This document shows, one piece after another, positions 40,634 to 52,793 of a DNA stretch of 64,000 nucleotides (positions within the stretch are counted from its first letter, which is position 1; each line of letters begins with the position of its first letter). Below the pieces are notes generated by a model, which was not told where the DNA came from, made no database searches, and saw only the letters and a program-made list of their open reading frames with translations. The position numbers were made by a program, and so were the translations under genes. The stretch covers positions 17,608,001 to 17,672,000 of the forward strand of contig CM022670.1 of the NCBI GenBank assembly GCA_012295275.1, given 5' to 3'. This DNA comes from Chrysomallon squamiferum. Taxonomy: Eukaryota; Animalia; Mollusca.

Positions 40634-41344
40634 CCAACGTGCTTAAAATAAAAATAATAAAAAAAAAAAAAAATAAATAAAAAATAAAATCATTAAAATA
40701 AGTAAATGACCTCAGGACTTTTTACTCTGCTCTAACTGGAAAATAGTTGATATAAGAGAAAACAATCGTATTGTGTTCTTATAATCACATAACGTTACAG
40801 GCGAATTATGCAGTGCAGCTGTAAAGTATTTAAAAAAAAAAAAAAAAAAAGAAAAGATTTTGCTTTAAAACAAATGTGTATGGATTTTATTTATGTAAAA
40901 TGGATTTATAACCTTCTATTGGACTTGTTTCTGAACTGGAATTGCTATTTTATCAGATAGTATTTATGTACTTTACTGTACTTTACATCTTAATTTTCTT
41001 AATTTTAATTTTACAGTTTAACAGTTATATCAAGGAACGAATTAACATTTTATTATTATTTTTTTTTTTTTACCCTTTTTGATTTTTTTCTTGTTGTTGT
41101 TGTTGTTCTTCTTCTTCTTATTATTATTATTATTATTAAATTTACAAAAGATTTAATCAGCTTTATATTTTGGGTTTTCTTTATTATTACAGATATAAAA
41201 TTTGTGAAAACAGACTATTTCATTCATAAAACTAAAACGTACTCGTTACTGGCTCACGTTCTACGTCAGTTATCTAACCTTGGTTTACAACAATGTGATA
41301 TTGTTTAATAACACGACAGGTTATTTTAAAAGTCGGAACAGCCA

Positions 41345-41418
41345 GTCTCTGTGGCGCAATCGGTTAGCGCGTTCTGCTGTTAACCGAAAGGTTGGTGGTT
41401 CGAGCCCACCCAGGGACG
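41345..41418 (+). tRNA. tRNA-Asn: tRNA-Asn(GTT), one mismatch in anticodon stem
   Basis: 74 nt, GTCTCTGTGGCGCAATCGGTTAGCGCG...GGGACG. TTCTG replaces TTCGG in the anticodon stem. Confidence 0.85.
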
Positions 41419-42208
41419 AATTATTCTTATTGTTAATAATATTGTTAATAATATCTACGTCAGATCAACCAGAATAATGGGGAAAAAGTGATATTTCCAT
41501 GTTTCTAAGATGTGACTCTCTCAGTTTTAGAAATTGTGAAATAAAATCTATGTGACCGCCTGCATACAAATGACCACAGCTTATTAACCAAGTGGCCAGT
41601 CTTGCTGAAATGGATATTTTTTTTTAATTTAATTTTTTTTTTAATCTTACGTATAATTAATGGGTCATAACCTTTTGGTCTTTACCCTGACCTTACATTT
41701 GACCTTGTCGTTCATGTGACCTTAAAATATCCTTGTTTCACATTCTTAGCTCAACATGTTTTCTACATAATATATATATATATATATATTAATTGTCGTT
41801 AGCCTGTAAAATAAAATCTAAGAATCATGATCCAAAATTGAAAAGGTCATGTCTCAGGAACCACTTGTCCGCTAAAAAAAATGAAAACGACATTTTACAC
41901 GGTCCGTGATATGCTTATCTTTTAAACAGCAACGGACTAAAGTATCAGGTCCCATCGATTTCCTTTTTTTTTTTCTTCATTACTTCATTAATTGTAATAT
42001 CCTCTCCGCTGATAACGTCACTGCGTACGCATGTTCCTGTGTCACTGTTACGCATTTGACAAATAACAATTATGGAATTAATCGACATCTTTGATGTATA
42101 AATAACTTTGCTTCATTTATACAAAGTGAGCTCTTTTCCACAGCTTAGAGATTAGGGGCACTTTTTTCTTGGTCCCTGTGCAGTTCGGTTTTGGGTGGTT
42201 TCACTGTA

Positions 42209-42239
<31 letters not shown>

Positions 42240-42552
42240 AAGCTTTGCTCATTAGAGATATATATTCTTATATATAATTATTTTGTTCTAAATTTAATGT
42301 TTTTCGTGAAGTCAGAGGGATCTCTCTCAACCTTGAATTATTTATTTATATACTAAATTTAATGCTATTTAGGAAAGTTGGATGGTTTAGTTTATTTGTT
42401 AGTATATTCTTTGTGGCCATCATCTTTTCAGATTTACAAAGTGATCTAATAAAAATTAAAAATAAATGCGAGGAGGAAAAATAGTGGAAATCGGATAATA
42501 ATGGGAGGATAATCAAAACTGTAAATACTGCCATAAGGGTATAATGCGAAAT

Positions 42553-42558
42553 GTCTCT

Positions 42559-42599
<41 letters not shown>

Positions 42600-42626
42600 C
42601 TGGTGGTTCGAGTCCACCCAGGGACG
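42553..42626 (+). tRNA. tRNA-Asn: tRNA-Asn(GTT)
   Basis: Full-length with A and B boxes and two substitutions relative to the cluster consensus. T4 downstream. Confidence 0.93.
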
Positions 42627-42933
42627 AATTAACGTTTTGCTTTATCTATCCGTCTTAAATTATTTATTTATTTTCTAAATTTAGTGGATAATTATCTTCC
42701 TTTATTTATATATGTATATATATATATTTTTTTTTTCTATATTTAATGCTATTTACAAAGATAGAGTGGTTTTTATTTCTTTAAATAGTTTTTGTAGCCA
42801 TCTTCCTCGCAGTTTTACAAAGCGATCTAATACAAAGTAAAAGTAAATGCAGTGAGGAAAAAATAGTGGAATTCGGGTAATAATGGGGAAATAATCAAAA
42901 CTGTAAATACTGCCATAAAAACTCGCATAGTAC

Positions 42934-42939
42934 GTCTCT

Positions 42940-43000
<61 letters not shown>

Positions 43001-43007
43001 AGGGACG
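42934..43007 (+). tRNA. tRNA-Asn: tRNA-Asn(GTT)
   Basis: Full-length, T-loop variant TTCAA. Confidence 0.93.
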
Positions 43008-43645
43008 AATTAAACATTTATTGTTAGTAGTATCATCCCTTCCTTTATTTGTTTTATAATTTTAATGTTATTTATGAAACCAGATGTGTTCTTTTGCTTA
43101 TTTTTAACTTTGATCGTTATAGATTTACAATGTGGAATAACAAAGTAAAAAAAAAAAAAAAAAAACAACAAAAAATTAATACATTTTTATAATTTTTAGT
43201 ACAACTACTCTAATAAAGGATAGATCTAAATTGAAAAATTGCAAAACTATATCAGCATCTTTGATAACATAATGTAAGAATAATAAATGAATACTCAATA
43301 GATTTAAGCGTTTGTGTGCAAGTGGTTAGGTCTGTCTGAGCTATTTTAGTATTTACCGCCAGAGAATACTTGGGATAGTAAGTGGTGCTCACGCATGTGT
43401 ACACGGTTTGGGTCAGTCGTCAAACTGAAGATATATGAAGCTGACTAATAGTTACATTCACTCAGTTATCATTACACATACAGTATTTATGAAAAATAAC
43501 TATTTCATTCGTAAACCTGAAACTTCTCATCATGATTCATTATTTTCTGTAGTTAACGTCTTACATCAGTTATCTACCTTGTTTAACAGTGTGACAGGTT
43601 TTGATCTTACAATACCACCGGTTATTTTCAGTGTTCGCACAGCAC

Positions 43646-43651
43646 GTCTCT

Positions 43652-43702
<51 letters not shown>

Positions 43703-43719
43703 GAGCCCACCCAGGGACG
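43646..43719 (+). tRNA. tRNA-Asn: tRNA-Asn(GTT), consensus copy
   Basis: Canonical metazoan tRNA-Asn sequence followed by a T-run terminator. Confidence 0.97.
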
Positions 43720-43981
43720 AGTTATTTTTTTATTTTTTTAAAAATACTAATATATTTTTTTTTCATCTTTATTTTTTTTTCTGCTTTTTAATTTTTTTTT
43801 AAATTCATTTTCTGAACTTAATGATATTTATGAAATTCGAAGAAATTTTCTTCATTTTAGCTTCAAAAGATATCTAATGCAAAATTTAAAAAAAATTCAG
43901 TGGGAAAACTTAGGAATTCAGGAAATTACAGTGGGAGAATAATAGTCAAAATCGCAGTACTTACCTTACAAAACTCAACCT

Positions 43982-44055
43982 GTCTCTGTGGTGCAGTCGG
44001 TTAGCGCGTTCGGTTATTAGCCGAGCGGTTGGTGGTTCGAGCCCACCCACAGGCA
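43982..44055 (+). pseudogene. Degenerate full-length tRNA-Asn with ATT anticodon
   Basis: About 11 substitutions including a broken acceptor stem. Anticodon loop TT-ATT-AG. Confidence 0.85.
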
Positions 44056-44078
44056 TTATTAATATGTGTTTTATTTTT

Positions 44079-45237
44079 GGAATAGTCAAAGTGGCTGATA
44101 TTGAATATGAAGTAATATCAGGTTTTCTCCCTTTTACAGCTATTGTAGAAATTATTCATGAAAAATCTCCAGAATTATCAAAAAAAAAAAAAAAAAAAAA
44201 AAAAATTTATATAGCTTACAATGTTATTAAGAAATCACTTCCAGATGAATGGAAAAGTTCTATTAACAGAAAAGCTAAAAGATTAACATCTAATAAAGAT
44301 TTATTTTTGTTTCAGAATAATGAAATGATAAATGTCAGTAAATTTACAGTTAAAATAATTTATTCTATTTTAATTTTAAAAAACGTTAAAGCAGCAGCTT
44401 GTGAAAAAAAATGGAATGATCTTGGTTTTAATATATTCTGGAGACCAGTTTGGAAATGGATACACTATTGTGATAAATTTACTGAATTTATAGACTTAGA
44501 TTTTAGAACAGTTCATCATATAATATATACATATAGTAAATTATATAAATATGGCAAAATCTCATCTAGTATATGTCCAGTGTGTTTAAAGGATGATGAA
44601 GATTTGTGCCATTTATTTTTGTATTGTGAAGAATTGACGGAATTAATATCAATTTTTCATGAAATATGTATTCAAATATTTAAGAAAACAGGTTTTTTCT
44701 CTAGAGCAATTAAAAAGATTATTAATATTTGGATGTTATCTAAAAATTGAAAATAGTACAATAGAATTTATTAATATTATTCTTTCAATTTATAGAATAT
44801 CAGTGTTCAAGAGGCGTGTGATAGCTCAATTGTAAGGAACAAACATCAATATAATACATTTTTTTTAGAAATTATGTGTATCAGTGCTTTAAAATCATTC
44901 GAAATCAATATCGTATTCAAAACAAATTTTTAATTTTTATTAACAAATATGTTAAAAATAATATTTTTCTGGAATTAAAAGATGACATACTTATTTTCAA
45001 ATATCCTTTAGCAAGCTACAAATAATCAATATCGTTATATCATCAAAATGGATAAAAGAATTATTACTATAAAATACTGTTAATATATGTGAATATTCTG
45101 AGTAAATAAATATGTGTGCGTGTGAGTGTGACTGAGTGTGTGAGAGGATACCTAATTTTTATTGTTGTTATTTACTGTTTTAATTGTGTACAACTGTTGA
45201 TTATATCAATAAAGATAAAAAAAAAAAAAAAAAAAAA
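44079..45237 (+). mobile_element. 5'-truncated Tx1/L1-like non-LTR retrotransposon (ORF2 C-terminus, 3' UTR, poly(A))
   Basis: GIVKVADIEYEVISGFLP...LPDEW...KW...W..VW...HHII...CPVCLKDDEDLCHLFLYC (zf-RVT CCHC), then after a frameshift near 44698 LLIFG...FINIILSIYRISVFKRR. GT-rich UTR, AATAAA at 45208, A-tail to 45237. Confidence 0.88.
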
Positions 45238-45239
45238 CT

Positions 45240-45291
45240 GCGCGTTCGTCTATTAACCGAAAGGTTGGTGGTTCGAGCCCATTCAGGGACG
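45240..45291 (+). pseudogene. 3' portion of tRNA-Asn (from GCGCG) following the LINE poly(A)
   Basis: GCGCGTTCGTCTATTAACCGAAAGGTTGGTGGTTCGAGCCC...GGGACG, separated from the A-tail by CT. Confidence 0.9.
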
Positions 45292-45845
45292 TTATTAATA
45301 TGGGTTTTATTTTTACCTTTTTGAAAAATAAACTTTATTCAGTCTAAACAATATGTCCGCCGTTTAATATATTCCGTTTTAAATGTCTTCTATTAAAAAT
45401 AAATGTTACACATATGTATATAACTTAAATTCGTAAATTTAAATCAAAGACCTAATATACATAACTTTTATTTATTTATTTATTTATTTATTTATATTTT
45501 ATTTATTGTGGTATGATATTATGTTGCTTTCTAGATGTTTAATATTTTAATTAAAATTAAATTTATTGTAACAGTTAAAATTAAAGTCGTTACATCTTAA
45601 TTTCCCATTCCACTGCAAATGTGCCCGTTGCTGGGTAATTCGAGGACGCAAATCGCGAGATATCGCGAGATCTCGCCAAAATACCCCTACTTGCTAATAC
45701 AGTTCTAAAATTAAACACTTATATAGATTAATGCTTTGATCTGATTATTGTACGTCACATTATAAAACAAAGTCAACAGAATGTATCTATCTAAAGCATT
45801 AAGTAAACATGTCTACTGAAATATTTAAAATAAGGTATATATGTT

Positions 45846-45890
<45 letters not shown>

Positions 45891-46026
45891 CAGATGTTAA
45901 AACTTACTATTATGATTCATCATTTTCAGTAGTTCACGTCTTACATCAGTTATCTACCTTGTTTAACAATGTGACACGTTTTGTTTTAACAAGACGACAC
46001 GTTATTTCGCATTGTTCGAACAGCCA

Positions 46027-46397
46027 GTCTCTGTAGCGCAATCGGTAACAATATTTTCCTAGAACTAAAAGATGACATACTTATTTTCAAATATCCTTTG
46101 GAAAGCTACAAATAATCAATATAGATAAATCATGGAAATGGATAAAAGAATTAATACTATAAAATACTGTAAATATATATGAATATTCCGAATAAATAAG
46201 TATGCATGCATGTGAGTGTGAATGAGTGTGACTGAGTGTGTGAGAGGAAATGTTTTTTGTTATTGTTATTTACAGCTGTAATGTTATTTTAATTGTGTAC
46301 AACTGGTGATTATACTATAAAATAAAAAAAAAAAAAAAAAAAAAAGCGCGTGCGGCTGTTTACCGAAAGGTTGGTGGTTCGAGCCCAGCCTGTGGCA
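46027..46397 (+). pseudogene. tRNA-Asn split by a ~300-bp LINE 3' fragment
   Basis: 5' half 46027-46047, insert 46048-46345, 3' half from 46346 (GCGCGTGCGGCTGTT...). Confidence 0.92.
46048..46345 (+). mobile_element. Short 3' fragment of the same LINE with poly(A)
   Basis: Colinear with ~44957-45237 (AAAAGATGACATACTTATTTTCAAATATCCTTT...GTGACTGAGTGTGTGAGAGGA...AATTGTGTACAACTG...An). Confidence 0.92.
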
Positions 46398-46902
46398 GCA
46401 TCATATTTTATTATTATTATTATTATCATCAATTCCTTAATGCATTTCTAATTTTAATGTTATTTTTGAAATTAGATTTTGTTTACTTTTATATGTTTAG
46501 GAACAATTAAGCCACTACGTTTTTTATGCAGCCATAGGAAACTTAATGTAAAGCGTGGAAAATGAAATTCAGAAGTTGTTTTGTAAATTCATGTGTGATG
46601 GGAATAACACCTTAATAAAATATTCAACAAACACTGCAAATAAAAAGTCGGGTGAGCTAAATATTTAAAATGTTTTATTGAAGAAAAAGATGTTTCCCTT
46701 TATTATTTGATAATGTTGTTTGTAAAAATTGTTGTTATTGTTTTATTCATTTTATCTTTGCTCATTACAGTCTTATAAAAGAGATCTATTAATACAAAGT
46801 AAAAATAACTTTGAAGATGAAAAACTCAGGTATTCAGGAAATAACGGAGAAAGATGACGAAAAAATCACCAAATAATAGCATAATACGTTAGCACGATAC
46901 AA

Positions 46903-46965
46903 GTCTCTATGGTGCAACAGGTTAGTGCGTTCGGCTGTTAGGTTGGTGGTTCGAGCCCAGGGACG
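46903..46965 (+). pseudogene. Degenerate tRNA-Asn with two internal deletions
   Basis: GTCTCTATGGTGCAACAGGTTAGTGCGTTCGGCTGTTA-GGTTGGTGGTTCGAGCCC-AGGGACG. Confidence 0.85.
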
Positions 46966-47780
46966 TAATAATAATAATTATTATTATTATATTCGATTAA
47001 ATCTAAATCTTAAATCTAATTAAGTGAAAAAAATTAAAAAATTTTTTTTAACTTATTGGCTTATATAATTATCCTTTCAGTCATTTTCATAAGTTGTTAA
47101 AGAGCAGAAAAAAAATAGCTGTTTAACATATAATCAGACAAACACGCACACACATATATAGACAGTCATAAATACACGCATACGCACATGCACACCACAA
47201 TGTATTTTGAACAGTTAAATAATATTCATTCGTTTTCTCTGCATGCCTAAAAAGAGAATTAAAAATAGAAAATGTTATTTACAAAGAGGTGAGAACAAAA
47301 AAAAAAAAAAAAAAAATCGGGCAGGTAAAACATCTGGTTTGACTCTAAAATATATCTCAACATTTCGCACACTGCAGATACGATCGAAAACAGCACGATT
47401 CTGCTTGCTTCAGTGTGACTCTTAAATTAAACGAGTTGTCAACATCACACGTGACACGACCACATGCGTCCAAGGATCACATCCAGTCGTGCGCGCGCTT
47501 GCTCGACATGACTTGGCGACCAATCAGATCGTCTGACAGAGAAATCTGCGGTACTGCAGTGTTGAATGGTTGATTCAATTTTCGAGATGATCACACGCAG
47601 TGTAATCGAGCTTGATACTTCGTTCATCTATTGATTTTTGGACACATTTGCCCATTATCTGCCTGGAAGATTCCACTCTGGCACTAACAAGTTTTTATGC
47701 CTGTTTAGATTAACCGTACCCAGTGAGTCAGCGCAGACGCTTCTTTTTGAACCGCGCCGAGGATTTCTTTATTCGCGAAA

Positions 47781-48325
47781 TATTGTCCATTAATCCATAG
47801 AGATTGTCTAAAATACAAAATATTGTCTCTAAATTCACAGAAATTGTTCCAAAATACAAAATATTATCTCTAACTCCTTAGAGATTTTGTAAAATTGAAA
47901 TTATTGTATAACATACAAGATACTGTCTATAAATTTCTAGATGTTGTCTGAAATACAAGATGTTGTCTGAAATACAAGATATTGTCTATAAATCTTTAGA
48001 GGTTGTCTAAAATACAAAATATTAAATCTAAATCCACACAGATAGTCTAAAATGCAAAATACTGTTTATAAATCCATAGAAATTGTCTCAGATACAAATT
48101 TGTGTCTATAAAAATCTAAAAAAGATTGTCTAAAATACAAACTATAATCCATTAAATCACAGCGATTGCCTAAAATGAAAACTATTGTCTATAAATCCAT
48201 AGATATTGTCTAAAATACAAAGTATTGTTTCTAAATTCACACACAGAGATTGCCTAAATTACAAAACATTGTCCACAAATCCACAGAGACTGTCTAAAAA
48301 CAAAATGCTGTGTCTGTATTTTCCA
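47781..48325. repeat. Degenerate ~40-bp minisatellite (~13 copies) built from ~20-bp sub-units
   Basis: Consensus approximately TATTGTCTATAAATCCATAGAGATTGTCTAAAATACAAAA. Confidence 0.9.
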
Positions 48326-48604
48326 CAGCTGCCTGATATATTTATAATTTATTAAAATGTATATTGTTAGAAAGAAAAAACAAACAAAAAACCCCAGATA
48401 CATAGATGAAAAGAGGACAAAAATCTGTACTAGTAAAGTGATGCATTAAAAATCTGACATGACAGTTAAGTGTTTGTTTCATTATAAAATAAGAACTCTT
48501 GAATATACTTTAGTTGCCCACTGTAATTTCTGAGAAAGGAAACTGTCATAATGATTATGCAACCATATGATATATGGTGCGTGTCTCCGGATATAATAAA
48601 AGAC

Positions 48605-48768
<164 letters not shown>

Positions 48769-49195
48769 AACGGTCTTTCCTCTGGAACCGCCACCAAGAG
48801 TTAATAAGAAATATTTGTGTTTGTTCGAGGTCCTGGGAGAGGACATTAATCGACAAGTCCTCAATTTTGACGCATTAGTTCAGTCGTAATGCGTCTAACT
48901 GGATCCTTAACACAATCTGTACAGACCAATTCTCTTTCATAAGCTGCCCTTCACTGGCTTAGCAGTTCTTTTAATCACAGGATATTAAAACAAAGATTCA
49001 CAATCAGTTCCCAGCCGTTGTAGAAATATTCCTGTAACTAGTTGAGTACTACTTTGTAAATTTAAACAGTTTTGAAAAACGAATAGTTAAAGTAAATGAA
49101 AAACACGTACAAACATACACATCCTCAGACGTGAAAGATTGTAGGAATGTATTATTATTTTACCGCACGCCAAAAGTAAGGTAGAAAAATTACGA

Positions 49196-49212
49196 CGTCC
49201 CTGTGTGGGCTC

Positions 49213-49243
<31 letters not shown>

Positions 49244-49461
49244 AGTTGTACACAATTAAAATAACATTTTTTTAACAAAACTATTTCCTCTCACACGCTC
49301 AGTCTAACCGATGCATGCATACTTAGAGATTTGACAGCGGTATTTTATAGTATTAAAAATATACGTGATCTATTGTGAACCGAGTTAATTGATTATTTGG
49401 TGATGAAAATAAGTATGTCATCTTTTGAAAATATTGCGCTAACCGATTGCGCCACAGAGAC
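49196..49461 (-). pseudogene. tRNA-Asn split by a decayed LINE 3' fragment
   Basis: 5' half 49461-49436 (...GGTTAGCGC). Insert 49435-49244 (AATATTTTCAAAAGATGACATACTTATTTTCA...TGTGAGAGGAAAT...AATTGTGTACAACT). 3' half 49243-49196. The poly(A) junction is deleted. Confidence 0.88.
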
Positions 49462-49539
49462 ATGACAGCGGTTGTCTGCCATATGTTTCTACCATTAATC
49501 AAACAGTATTTCCCTCGATATCTGACTACTGCTGTGGCT

Positions 49540-49900
49540 TTTGTAAAAATTACTACCACTGCTACCACGAATGTTGTCATTAATGTCGTCGTTATTATTA
49601 CCACCACTACTACTACTACTATTTGTATCATTACTACTGCTACGACTATTATTATTACTACTGCTACTACAGTTACTAACAATACTGCTAATATTATTAT
49701 TATTAACACTGCTACTACTACTACTACTATTATTATTACTGCTAATACTATTATTATTAAAACTGCTGCTATTACTGTTATCACTGTATTTGCTATTATT
49801 ACTATTGCTATTACTACTATAATTACAACTGTTATTATTATCAATACTATCGTTGTTTTACTACTGCAGTTACTGTTATTATTACTTATTAGATTATTAA
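49540..49900. repeat. Mixed ACT/ATT/GCT trinucleotide low-complexity tract
   Basis: Degenerate triplet repeat that produces spurious I/T/V/L-rich ORFs on both strands. Confidence 0.85.
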
Positions 49901-50127
49901 TTTTCAGTATGACCATCGCCATTATGGTATAACTGAAAATCAGCTACAAATTGTATTTCTAGAGTTGTATCTGTGGCCATCATGAATAATAAATATATTT
50001 ATTAATCTAAAATACCTTTTCTCTTATCTTTTTTACAGATCAGTTTTATCATGCTCAGATCACAAATTATAAAACTGTAAAATTGTACAAGTGGTTAATA
50101 ATGCCCCTGAAATAACGTATGGTAGGG

Positions 50128-50290
50128 TGTAACTAGGTGGGCCTGAACCGCCAATCTTTCGGTTAACAGTCAAACGCGCTTTTTATTATTATTTGTTTTT
50201 CACTTTATTAATAAAATTTAACAGATGTGCATAAATAAATAAAAGTAAACAATACATAACAAGAGTAAAAATACACACACGCACTCACTC
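50128..50290 (-). pseudogene. Old LINE 3' UTR remnant fused to the 3' portion of tRNA-Asn
   Basis: Minus strand: GAGTGAGTGCGTGTGTG...TTGTTATGTATTG...AATAAAG, decayed A-tail, then GCGCGTTTGACTGTTAACCGAAAGATTGGCGGTTCAGGCCCACC (junction 50180/50179). Confidence 0.75.
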
Positions 50291-50563
50291 GTTCTAAATT
50301 ATGTTATTATTTGATGATTTTTACTTTTACTTCATCTCTTCCGGTTATTTCCTGACTACCTGAGTTTTATCTTTATCACAGTTATTTTTACTTTGTGTTA
50401 ATAGATCTCTTTTATATATCTGTAACGAGCTAAGATAAAATGAATAAAACAATAAAAACAATTTTACAAACAACATTAAAATTAAAAAATAATGAAGAAA
50501 AAAAGGTGTGGTTTTATTGTCCCATTACTTTGGTTGAGTGACTCAATAATAATAAGATTAATT

Positions 50564-50580
50564 CGTCACTGGGTGGACTC

Positions 50581-50615
<35 letters not shown>

Positions 50616-50624
50616 CACAGAGAC
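50564..50624 (-). pseudogene. tRNA-Asn with a 13-nt D-arm deletion
   Basis: GTCTCTGTGGCGC^GTTCGGCTGTTAACC..., 61 nt instead of 74. Confidence 0.9.
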
Positions 50625-50791
50625 GTTCTGCAATATTGCGATTAATTCGTGAACCAGGATAAGATGTCACGTTTAAGTGTTTTTTCTTATTAAATATCTA
50701 CCACTGTTCAAATGAACTGCTACTACAACCGCTAATACTACTACTAGTAGCAGTAGTAGTAATACTTACATAATAATAATTAATTTCTCTT

Positions 50792-50883
50792 AAAAGTTCA
50801 CATCCATTATTTCTGCTTACTTAGCTGTGAAATAATGAAAAGTTCACATCCATTATTTCTGCTTACTTAGCTGTGAAATAATG
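50792..50883. repeat. Perfect 46-bp tandem duplication
   Basis: AAAAGTTCACATCCATTATTTCTGCTTACTTAGCTGTGAAATAATG twice. Confidence 0.95.
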
Positions 50884-50919
50884 AAAATTTAACACAGGCT
50901 AATTACCAACGACAAACAG

Positions 50920-51060
50920 TATACACACGTTTCTTTTCTCCTTCCGGCGGAGAACTCTACAGCGGAAGACATTACATTCTTTCAAGATGGCCGCACCTCT
51001 AGGGCAATAAGGGTAGGATAACCATTTGGCGAGCGAAAATATCTTGAAAGTAATCATTTT
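50920..51060 (+). promoter_or_regulatory. Housekeeping-type promoter-like element with no assigned gene
   Basis: CTTCCGG (50941) and GCGGAAG ETS-like sites, YY1-like CAAGATGGCCGC (50983-50994), local CpG enrichment. Confidence 0.45.
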
Positions 51061-51451
51061 TAATTATTCTACCTGTATGAGCCGTGCTTTGAGGGAAAAC
51101 GACTTTTATTACGTTAATCTGGGTTGTATTTCGTACATGTGTTTATAAGCTGTGTTAGAAATTAGCTGTGAAATAGATCGTCTGAATGTCTTTGTGTAGT
51201 TCGATGCCTAAAGGTCGATGACGAAAAAGGGCATATTAAGTTAAAATGGTTAAATTAGATTTGGGAGTTTATTCTGTATTTAAAATGATGTTGTTTATTT
51301 TATATCAACTGGTAATTAATTTTTTTTTTTTTTTTTTTTTTTGTATTTTTAACAAAGAAAGGCAAAGACTGTTAGTAAAAGAAAGTCTAGCTAATGAAAG
51401 CGAGATCAAGATACAAAGAATATTTATAACTGTGTCTTGCTTTGTATTACG

Positions 51452-51482
<31 letters not shown>

Positions 51483-52241
51483 GATATAAATATCTCTGTG
51501 TGTATATATATATATATCTTTTTTTTAAGAAAGCAAATATTGTAAAATTTGTTAATGCCAAATAATAACAATAACAATAACAATAACAATAACAATAATA
51601 ATAATAATAATAGTAAGAAGAAGAAGAAGAAGATGAAGAAGAACAAGAAGAAGAAAGTAGAAAGAAAAGAAGAAAGAAAGAAAAAATAAAAGGAAGCAAA
51701 ACATTATTTTAATGCCTAGAAATTCATCATTATTAATAAAATAATTAATTTTAAAGTCCCTTTTTAAAATTTATTTTTCGACAATTATAATTAATCTGGT
51801 CAGTTAAATGTGCTTTCATAATTTTTTACACAAATATAACCTAAAAGCATTTCATATTTTGCCGTTTAATTCAGCAAGGGACGCGGAGAAAGACACGGGA
51901 GCAGTCCATTACACACGCAAGTGTGGAATGTGATGTTTTCAAACTGTTTCCTTGCTAATACTTGAAATTTTCCGATCTTCCTTTGTTCTTCATTCTCCCA
52001 CTGAGCACATTTGGAGACCAGGACGATTGTTAGACTGCTACTCGATAGAAAGACTCTCCAGTTTGATTTGAACCGGAAGTTCGTGACATCTCGAGTGGAT
52101 GGAACGGAGACGAGACTCTACGAGATCGTTCAGCGCCATCTGGCAGCGATACGCATGTCAGTTCTGTAACTGTACAAGAAATAAACAAACATGTTTCCAC
52201 TTAGCACACAACTGACGTTGGAATGTGTGATTACCCAAATG

Positions 52242-52283
<42 letters not shown>

Positions 52284-52725
52284 AAACGAAGAAGAAAAAA
52301 AAGGAAAAAAAGGAAAAAAAAAAGAAGGAAAGCACCATTAGAAAGATAATTATAAATCTAACTAAGATGGCACCGTTGATCCTTTAATTAAGAATGTTTA
52401 AACTCGATGGAATTTGGACGGGAGTTTTGTCAGAGCGTCTCTTGGCTACACAATTCAAGTGGTGACTTAGTTTAAAGCTTTTCGGACTCAAGTACTGATG
52501 TTTTTCTGGCAAAATTATAAATACTGAAGACCGATACTTTATCGTCATTATCATCATCATCTTCATTATTATTATACAAAAAACCTCGATACCATAAAAG
52601 CCGATGTTTTCTTTTATTTTGGTGTCATTAAACAACTATTAGTTTCAAGAAACATGGACAAATACAATGTTGGTAGAACCGAAAAATGTCTGAAGTGTTC
52701 AGTAACGCACCACAACTATGGTTAA

Positions 52726-52793
<68 letters not shown>

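Noticed and set aside
41586-42210. TGACCTT-rich segment and a GGTTTCACTGTA end suggesting repeat relics
   Set aside because: No matching terminus or TSD was found, so boundaries could not be supported.
44064-44750. 228-aa ORF as an independent host gene
   Set aside because: It is a frameshifted LINE ORF2 C-terminal fragment with a poly-A expansion, and its ATG lies in the tRNA trailer.
45652-45677. TCGCGAGATATCGCGAGATCTCGC palindromic cluster
   Set aside because: Too short and isolated to assign as a promoter motif or element terminus.
49353-49932. Long overlapping hydrophobic ORFs (189, 161 and 83 aa)
   Set aside because: They are products of an ACT/ATT triplet tract and run through tRNA and LINE remnants.
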